DNA from: Alphaproteobacteria bacterium
GTDB lineage: Bacteria; Pseudomonadota; Alphaproteobacteria; UBA828; JAPUJA01
Length of the DNA: 24,000 nt
NCBI GenBank assembly: GCA_965249645.1
Contig: CBDFML010000010.1
Coordinates: 416,073-440,072 of the forward strand
Reading direction: 5' to 3'
The translations under genes and the position numbers were made by a program. Below the pieces are notes generated by a model that searched no databases, had not been told where the DNA came from, and was given only the letters and a program-made list of their open reading frames with translations. How positions within the stretch are numbered: the stretch's first letter is position 1; each line of letters begins with the position of its first letter. This document shows, piece after piece, positions 19,324-24,000 of this stretch.

Positions 19324-19340
19324 GGGGGGGGGGGGGGGGG
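19324..19340. repeat. G17 homopolymer (C17 on the minus strand)
   Basis: Counted directly: gga + 17 g + acgcgg. It is intergenic. A complementary CCCCCTCCCC run lies at about 19365-19375. Confidence 0.9.
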
Positions 19341-19427
19341 ACGCGGTGCGCCCACCAAGGGTTTCCCCCTCCCCTGGCGGCACTCGCGCGGCCGGGGAAT
19401 CTTTGTGCAGAGGCGTCGAAAACGCAC

Positions 19428-19472
19428 AAAAAAATGGCGGGGTGGCTTTCCGATCTTCAAGCCGCCCCCGCC
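19428..19472 (-). terminator. Rho-independent terminator (minus strand) ending the small transcription unit
   Basis: On the minus strand, GGCGGGGGCGGCTT-loop-AAGCCACCCCGCC is followed by TTTTTTT (A7 at 19428-19434 on the plus strand). Confidence 0.7.
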
Positions 19473-19594
19473 GTTAGTGCGGAGAGTGATTGCGATGCCT
19501 CACACTATGCTCTCGTGGGTGACCTCCAATGCCGTTGCGTCTGTGTCGCTGCCCCGAGGGGCGGTTTGTGTTTCGTTGCTCGTCGATCGAGCAT
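19430..19594 (-). ncRNA. candidate ~165-nt small RNA, or leaderless mRNA for a 29-aa basic peptide
   Basis: It is bounded by a predicted sigma70-type promoter (19601-19629) and the intrinsic terminator at 19428-19472. No family was recognised. An ATG sits exactly at the predicted +1 (19594), opening MLDRRATKHKPPLGAATQTQRHWRSPTRA. Confidence 0.3.
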
Positions 19595-19600
19595 GGGAGT

Positions 19601-19629
19601 AGTATGCTTATAACGAATAATTATGTCAA
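19601..19629 (-). promoter_or_regulatory. sigma70-like promoter TTGACA-N17-CATACT (minus strand)
   Basis: The -35 is at 19629-19624 and the -10 at 19606-19601. It lies in an AT-rich patch and is 21/29 identical to the promoter at 21787-21815. Confidence 0.5.
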
Positions 19630-19747
19630 CAAAAAAATTCATATTTAGAATTAATTTTTTTGGGCTTTTTCGATAGCGTAGTGACATTTGCCTGGTGGGA
19701 GAGGCCGGCGCGGGCCAGGAGCTGGGCAACTCGATGGTGCGCGTCAT

Positions 19748-19800
19748 AAAAAAATCGGCGGCGGGAGGGGCTTCGAAATTTTGAAGCCATCCCGCCGCCG
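19748..19800 (-). terminator. Rho-independent terminator of the FecR-repeat gene
   Basis: On the minus strand, CGGCGGCGGGA..GGCTTC-loop-GAAGCC..TCCCGCCGCCG is followed by TTTTTTT (A7 at 19748-19754 on the plus strand). It starts 32 nt after the stop codon. Confidence 0.8.
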
Positions 19801-19831
19801 ACGCGGAGAGTCAGGTCGTAGGGGTTGGCAC

Positions 19832-21736
19832 CTACGACTTCTTGCTGTTGCTGTTGCCGCTGCCGCTGTTGCCCGCATTGCCCGCACCGGCGTTTCCGGC
19901 ACCTGCGTTGCCCGCACCGGCGTTTCCGGCACCCGCATTGCCCGCACCGGCATTCCCGGCACCCGCATTGCCCGCACCGGCGTTCCCGGCGCCTGCGTTG
20001 CCCGCACCGGTGTTTCCGGCACCCGCATTGCCCGCACCGGCATTCCCGGCACCCGCATTGCCCGCACCGGCGTTTCCGGCACCGGCATTCCCGGCACCTG
20101 CGTTACCCGCACCAGCGTTTCCGGCACCCCCATTGCCCGCACCGGCGTTCCCGGCACCTGCGTTACCCGCACCGGCATTCCCGGCACCCGCATTGCCCGC
20201 ACCGGCGTTCCCGGCACCCGCATTGCCCGCACCGGCATTCCCGGCGCCTGCGTTGCCCGCACCGGCGTTGCTGGAACCTGCATTGCTGCCGCCGCTATTG
20301 CCACCGGCGTTGGTGTTGCCGGAGTTGCCGGAATTGCCGCTGCCGCTGCTGCCGCCCGCGTTGGCGTTGGCGTTGCCGGAGTTACCCGAATTGCCGCTGC
20401 CGCTGTTGCCGCCGGCGTTGGCGTTGGCGTTGCCGGAGTTGCCGGAATTGCCGCTGCCGCTGTTGCCGCCCGCGTCGGCGTTGGCGTTGCCGGAGTTACC
20501 TGAATTGCCACTGCCGCTGTTGCCGCCGCCGTTGCCGGAATTGCTGTTGGCGGAGTTGCCGCTGTTGCCGTTTCCATTCCCGGAGTTGCCGTTGTCGTTA
20601 CCGTTCCCGGAGTTTCCGTTTCCGTTGCCGTTTCCGTTGTTGCCGTTGCCGTCGTCTCCGTCGTTGTTGCCGTTCCCGTCGTCGTCGCTGTCGTCGTCGT
20701 TTCCGTTTCCGTTTCCGTTTCCGTTGCCGTTCCCGTTCCCGTTGTTGCCGTTGTCATTCGCGGCTGTAACCGCGCTGGGCACGGAATTGCCATTGCCGTT
20801 GTTACCGGAATTGCCGGGGCCCGTTTCTAGGACGGTCGTGATCAGCCCGCTGGTCAGGCCCGAGATGTCGGCCGCGTTGGTGACCAGAACCGCGGTCAGG
20901 GTCGGAGTGCCGCCGACGATGGAATCGCCTCCGCCATAGCCGCCCTCGAGCGTCTCGTGCTCGACGTCCGAGCCTTTGGCCTCCTTGTTCTGACCCCTGG
21001 CGTCATCCTTCGCCTGCTCGGACTTGCCCTTGACCGGATCGGCCGCGCCGTCGGACGGGGTGTCGGTCTCTGTACTCGGAGCGCTATCGTCGACCGCGTC
21101 GGTCTCGACCGCATCCACGCTCGAGGGGCTCTCGCCCGGAGCGTTGCGAATATCCAGGCCCGCGCCGCCCGCGGAGGCGGCGACGGCCGTCTGACCGGGA
21201 ACGATCAGCCCGGTCTGGCCATTGCTCGTCGCGGTCACCTGGACCGCGCCTTCGGTCACGTGCAGCGCAGTGCCGCTCATATTGACCGAGACCGTGAAGG
21301 TCGTGCCCTTGACCACGGCGGCCATGTAGGGGGTCTCGACCTCGAACTGGAACTCGGGCCGGGTCTCGACCTTGAACAGGAGAGTCCCGATCGTCTGGAT
21401 GACCTCGGTGACGACGCCGCCGTCCTTGCGCACCGGAAGTTTCATCTGACTGTCGGGGGAGACGGTGATGGAATCGCCGTCGCGGACCATAACAACCCGC
21501 CCGTCGGCGCCCGTCTCGATCTGGGTGCCCGGTGCGACCGAGTAGCCGGGATAGACATCCACCGCCGAGATCAGAGCCTGCTGCGCCTGGACCCCGCCGC
21601 TGGCGGCCAACACCGTCCAACTGTCGTCGCCGGCCTGCGCGCTGCGGCCCGCAAACGTTACGAGCGCCGCCACTGCGAGAGCGACAACTAATGATCCGAT
21701 CGAGAAACTTTTTCGGTCCGTGCGTACCTGCATCAT
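19832..21736 (-). CDS. secreted FecR-domain protein with a ~330-aa Gly/Asn/Ala/Ser low-complexity repeat tail
   Basis: Signal peptide aa 1-35 (..FAGRSAQA|GDD). FecR-type region aa ~38-190 (VRDGDSITVSPDSQMKL; FEVETPYMAAVVKGTTFTVSV; LHVTEGAVQVTA). An acidic linker follows, then a tail from aa ~306-634. GGAG lies 7 nt before the ATG. The gene has its own promoter and terminator. Confidence 0.85.
   Translation of the reverse strand: MMQVRTDRKSFSIGSLVVALAVAALVTFAGRSAQAGDDSWTVLAASGGVQAQQALISAVDVYPGYSVAPGTQIETGADGRVVMVRDGDSITVSPDSQMKLPVRKDGGVVTEVIQTIGTLLFKVETRPEFQFEVETPYMAAVVKGTTFTVSVNMSGTALHVTEGAVQVTATSNGQTGLIVPGQTAVAASAGGAGLDIRNAPGESPSSVDAVETDAVDDSAPSTETDTPSDGAADPVKGKSEQAKDDARGQNKEAKGSDVEHETLEGGYGGGDSIVGGTPTLTAVLVTNAADISGLTSGLITTVLETGPGNSGNNGNGNSVPSAVTAANDNGNNGNGNGNGNGNGNGNDDDSDDDGNGNNDGDDGNGNNGNGNGNGNSGNGNDNGNSGNGNGNSGNSANSNSGNGGGNSGSGNSGNSGNANADAGGNSGSGNSGNSGNANANAGGNSGSGNSGNSGNANANAGGSSGSGNSGNSGNTNAGGNSGGSNAGSSNAGAGNAGAGNAGAGNAGAGNAGAGNAGAGNAGAGNAGAGNAGAGNGGAGNAGAGNAGAGNAGAGNAGAGNAGAGNAGAGNAGAGNTGAGNAGAGNAGAGNAGAGNAGAGNAGAGNAGAGNAGAGNAGAGNAGNSGSGNSNSKKS
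19871..20284 (-). repeat. about 27 tandem 15-nt units encoding NAGAG; two synonymous-codon versions alternate (30-nt super-unit)
   Basis: The plus strand reads gcccgcaccggcRtt / YccggcaccYgcRtt repeatedly. The minus-strand translation is (NAGAG)n with only NGGAG and NTGAG variants. Confidence 0.9.
20308..20528 (-). repeat. 57-nt tandem repeat x3 plus one 51-nt copy, encoding GGNSGSGNSGNSGNANANA
   Basis: Copies are at 20358-20414, 20415-20471 and 20472-20528, with a shorter copy at 20308-20357. All were aligned by eye with few substitutions. Confidence 0.85.
20529..20815 (-). repeat. GN-dipeptide / hexanucleotide (GTTNCC)n-rich tract with a DDDSDDD patch
   Basis: The purest run, gtttcc x4 then gttgcc and gttccc x2, lies at about 20699-20746. 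The translation is GNGNGNGNGNGNGN... Confidence 0.8.
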
Positions 21737-21786
21737 GACCCGACTCCTATCCTGCTAATCGCCCGCTACCTGCGGACATGGTGCAC

Positions 21787-21815
21787 AATATGCCGAAAAA
21801 GAATATATCTGTCAA
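21787..21815 (-). promoter_or_regulatory. sigma70-like promoter TTGACA-N17-CATATT for the FecR-repeat gene
   Basis: The -35 is at 21815-21810 and the -10 at 21792-21787, inside the only AT-rich patch upstream of the gene. The predicted +1 is near 21779, giving a ~44-nt leader. Confidence 0.55.
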
Positions 21816-22062
21816 TATAAAAATGAATTTATGTCATATTTTATTCTCGGTGTTAACGCTGACGGGGATAAATCCGCAGAAATCGGGGGGTTTGCCCAAT
21901 GCAGCAGCAAGCGCGGTTATGGGGAGTAGGGGCAGCGGCTGACCAGCGCGACGACCCGGGAATCCGGGCTGTGATCGCCACCGAAGCGTTAACCGATTTC
22001 GTGGAATCGGGGAGATCGACCGTCGGTCGAGGATTAGCGTGGTTTGTGCGCCGGGAAGGGCG

Positions 22063-22488
22063 TCAGTCGCCGGCTTTCTTGCGCAGCGCGGCGAGGAAAC
22101 GCTCGCGGTCGGCTTCGCACTTGTCGAGGATCATGGTCAGCGCCGCCGCGACCTCGCGGTTGCGGCCCGCCTTGGCCCGGCGGATAGCCTCGCGGATGGC
22201 GTCGGTCAGGCGTTTGCCCGCGACGCCGGTCATGTCGGCCTTCGACGCCGAGCCGCCCCCGGCTTTGCCGGATTTGCCGTAATGAAAATCTCCGGCCGAG
22301 ACGCTGGAGACTTCGGCGAGGCGGGCGATGATGTCCTGGCGGGGTTCGATCAGGCCGCGCTCCCAGCGCGAGACCAGCCCTTGCGTGACGCCCAGAAAGG
22401 CGGCGAATTTCGCCTGGGTCATGCCCAAACTGGTGCGTGCCGCCTTGATTCGGGCGGCGAGGCCGCTGGTACCCCGTTGGGCGTTCAT
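22063..22488 (-). CDS. XRE-family helix-turn-helix transcriptional regulator with an uncharacterised C-terminal half
   Basis: The N-terminal segment IKAARTSLGMTQAKFAAFLGVTQGLVSRWERGLIEP is a classic HTH_3 pattern. The C-terminal ~70 aa (Gly/Lys linker plus helical segment) has no motif I recognise. Confidence 0.8.
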   Translation of the reverse strand: MNAQRGTSGLAARIKAARTSLGMTQAKFAAFLGVTQGLVSRWERGLIEPRQDIIARLAEVSSVSAGDFHYGKSGKAGGGSASKADMTGVAGKRLTDAIREAIRRAKAGRNREVAAALTMILDKCEADRERFLAALRKKAGD

Positions 22489-22667
22489 CCCACTTTGCCC
22501 TCAATTTCCAAATCCCGGCCCCTCACAGGATCGAAGCCACCCGACCGCGATTTCCACTCACAAGCGGTAGTATGCCCCGACTATAGCGAGCGGCGCGGCG
22601 TCTGTCGCCGGTCTGTCATCGTGTCGGGGGTAATTTTACTAAAGCCCGGGGACGCGGTGCAAGGCCG

Positions 22668-23930
22668 TCAGGCCGATGCCTTGGCCGGGCCGGCCGCAAA
22701 GGCGGCCTCGCGCTCGTTTGCGGGACGTGCGGCGTCAAGGCGTCGGACCGGCCAGCGCGCCTCGTCGAGCCAGGCCGGAAAATCCGCTGAAGGCATGGGT
22801 CGGCTGATGAAATAGCCCTGACCCGTGTCGCACATTTCGTCCTCCAAGTGGTCCAGGTGGGCCTGTTCCTCGATACCCTCGGCGACCACCTTCAGGCCAA
22901 GATTGTGCGCCAGGTCGACGGTGGCGCGAACGATCACCGCGTCGCTTTCGTCTTCTATCATGTGAATGACGAAGGATTTGTCGATCTTGAGCTCGTCCAC
23001 CGGGAGGCGCTTGAGGTAACTGAGCGAGGAATACTCGGTTCCGAAGTCGTCGATCGACAGCCGGACATTGAGGGCGTCCAACGCCTTCACGGTCTCGAGG
23101 GCCCGATCGGGATCGAGCATGATGGCGCCTTCGGTGATTTCAAGGGTAATTCGCGCGCGGTCGAGATTCCATTTTTCCAGCAACCCGTCGATCAGTTCGG
23201 GCAAGTCCTGATCGTGAAGGTTTCGGGTAGACAGGTTGACGGCGAGGTTGAGGTCGAGCCCCTGGTCGCGCCATGCGGCCTGCTGGGCAAAGCCGCGCTC
23301 GAGCACCCATTTGGTCAAGGGGCGAATCAGGCCGGTTTTCTCGGCAAGCGCGACGAATTCCTCGGGATTCTGAAACCCGTAGGTCGGATGTTCCCAGCGC
23401 AGCAATGCTTCGGCGCCCACGATCATGCCAGACGCGATGTCGATCTTGGGTTGGTAGTGAATATCGAGCCCGTTTTGGTCGATGGCGTGGCGCAAATCGC
23501 CCTTCATGGTCAGATTGCGAACCGTGTGGTGGTCCAGTTCGGCGTCGTAATGCGCGATATTTTCGGGCTTCTGTTTGGCCAGATACATCGCGACGTCGGC
23601 ACACTGCATCAGCCGACTTGCCTCGTTCGCGTGATCTGGATAGAGCGCGATGCCGATGCTGGCGCCGATCTCGAGCGACAGGTCGTCGATCTCGAAGGGC
23701 TCGACGAGAATGGCGAGACAGCGGTCGGCAATGCATTCGGCCCAGTCCGGGCCGCTGACTTTGGGCAGAAGGATGGCGAATTCGTCGCCCCCGAGACGCG
23801 CAATGGTGTCCGATTTGCGCAACAGGCCGGCCAGGCGTTGTGCGACTGTCAATGGCGGAGCAAAAAGGGACCACCGTGGCGGTGTAAGAAGGGACCACTT
23901 GGCGGCTGCGGGCTTGTCCCCGTAGTCCAT
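22668..23930 (-). CDS. GGDEF(N-terminally truncated)-EAL cyclic-di-GMP phosphodiesterase-type protein; possibly a disrupted gene
   Basis: The EAL domain looks intact (EALLRWEHP, DDFGTEYSSLSYL, KIDKSF, EGIE, QGYFISRP). The GGDEF motif (RLGGDEFAILL) sits at aa 47-51, so most of the GGDEF domain's N-terminal half is missing. The frame stays open to the window edge, but that upstream sequence is not GGDEF-like. Confidence 0.8.
   Translation of the reverse strand: MDYGDKPAAAKWSLLTPPRWSLFAPPLTVAQRLAGLLRKSDTIARLGGDEFAILLPKVSGPDWAECIADRCLAILVEPFEIDDLSLEIGASIGIALYPDHANEASRLMQCADVAMYLAKQKPENIAHYDAELDHHTVRNLTMKGDLRHAIDQNGLDIHYQPKIDIASGMIVGAEALLRWEHPTYGFQNPEEFVALAEKTGLIRPLTKWVLERGFAQQAAWRDQGLDLNLAVNLSTRNLHDQDLPELIDGLLEKWNLDRARITLEITEGAIMLDPDRALETVKALDALNVRLSIDDFGTEYSSLSYLKRLPVDELKIDKSFVIHMIEDESDAVIVRATVDLAHNLGLKVVAEGIEEQAHLDHLEDEMCDTGQGYFISRPMPSADFPAWLDEARWPVRRLDAARPANEREAAFAAGPAKASA
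23853..23905. repeat. tandem 24-mers TGGCGG-N8-GGGACCAC-N2 (x2, plus a third GGCGG) at the point where GGDEF homology stops
   Basis: TGGCGGAGCAAAAAGGGACCACCG (23853-23876) and TGGCGGTGTAAGAAGGGACCACTT (23877-23900) match at 19/24 positions. A third GGCGG follows at 23901-23905. Confidence 0.75.
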
Positions 23931-24000
23931 GGGAGGGCCCCGCGTGCGACGCGGCGTGCCCTCAACAGGCCGACGCGGCGGCGCGCGCGGGAGGGACCTG

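Noticed and set aside
19161-19602. ORFs 19161..19460 (-) and 19204..19602 (+) crossing the G17 tract, giving poly-Pro or poly-Gly stretches.
   Set aside because: They have no SD, an implausible composition, and run through terminator hairpins. They would only matter if the homopolymer were a coding phase switch, for which I see no supporting domain.
19871-20528. Regularly spaced repeats that could superficially suggest a CRISPR array.
   Set aside because: The units are contiguous, with no unique spacers. They are 15 or 57 nt long, lie in frame inside a CDS, and there are no cas genes in the window.
19688-20939. Long ORFs in other frames across the repeat tract: plus-strand 19688..20503, 19825..20769 (Cys/Arg/His-rich) and 19842..20939 (Pro/Ala/Leu-rich), and minus-strand 19744..20793.
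   Set aside because: They exist only because the 6-, 15- and 57-nt units contain no stop codon in those frames. None has a start context, signal or domain. Only the minus frame 19832..21736 continues into a real signal peptide plus FecR domain and has its own promoter, SD and terminator.
21979-22040. Small palindromes downstream of the XRE gene (TCGACCG-A-CGGTCGA, CCGATT-N6-AATCGG) as terminators.
   Set aside because: The loops are too short or the stems too weak, and no T-run follows, so the support for a terminator call is insufficient.
22039-22815. Plus-strand ORFs 22039..22815 (258 aa) and 21899..22282 (127 aa).
   Set aside because: They are antisense to the clearly recognisable XRE HTH gene and to the EAL gene's 3' end. 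The translations are low-complexity and Arg/Ala-rich.

Overview
High-GC (hand estimate about 65-75%) proteobacterial chromosome. The gene order looks alphaproteobacterial. Nt 1-17351 is conserved housekeeping sequence: fabD(partial)-fabG-acpP-fabF-mltG, a convergent SDR, yicC-gmk, a GNAT, the envelope cluster lptF-lptG-lptD-surA-rsmA on the minus strand (no pdxA), the divergent pepA-holC pair, and a CPA1 cation/proton antiporter. From about 17.4 kb the window changes character. First comes a segment of about 50% GC carrying a lipoamide-dehydrogenase-like flavoprotein that lacks the redox-active cysteine pair. Next is a 0.7 kb non-coding stretch with a G17 homopolymer, an AT-rich palindrome, and a compact promoter-to-terminator unit (candidate sRNA or leaderless micro-ORF). 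The most unusual object follows: a monocistronic gene for a signal-peptide-bearing FecR-domain protein. Its C-terminal ~330 residues are almost purely Gly/Asn/Ala/Ser and are encoded by three families of in-frame tandem repeats (27 x NAGAG, 57-nt units, GN hexamers). After that come an XRE-type regulator and a GGDEF-EAL gene whose GGDEF domain is cut off at a pair of tandem 24-mers near the window edge, possibly the end of a mobile element. I see no recognisable defence system, integrase, transposase, tRNA, rRNA or CRISPR array. The FecR-repeat protein with its flanking regulatory pieces is the best candidate for something undescribed, but its function cannot be derived from sequence alone.
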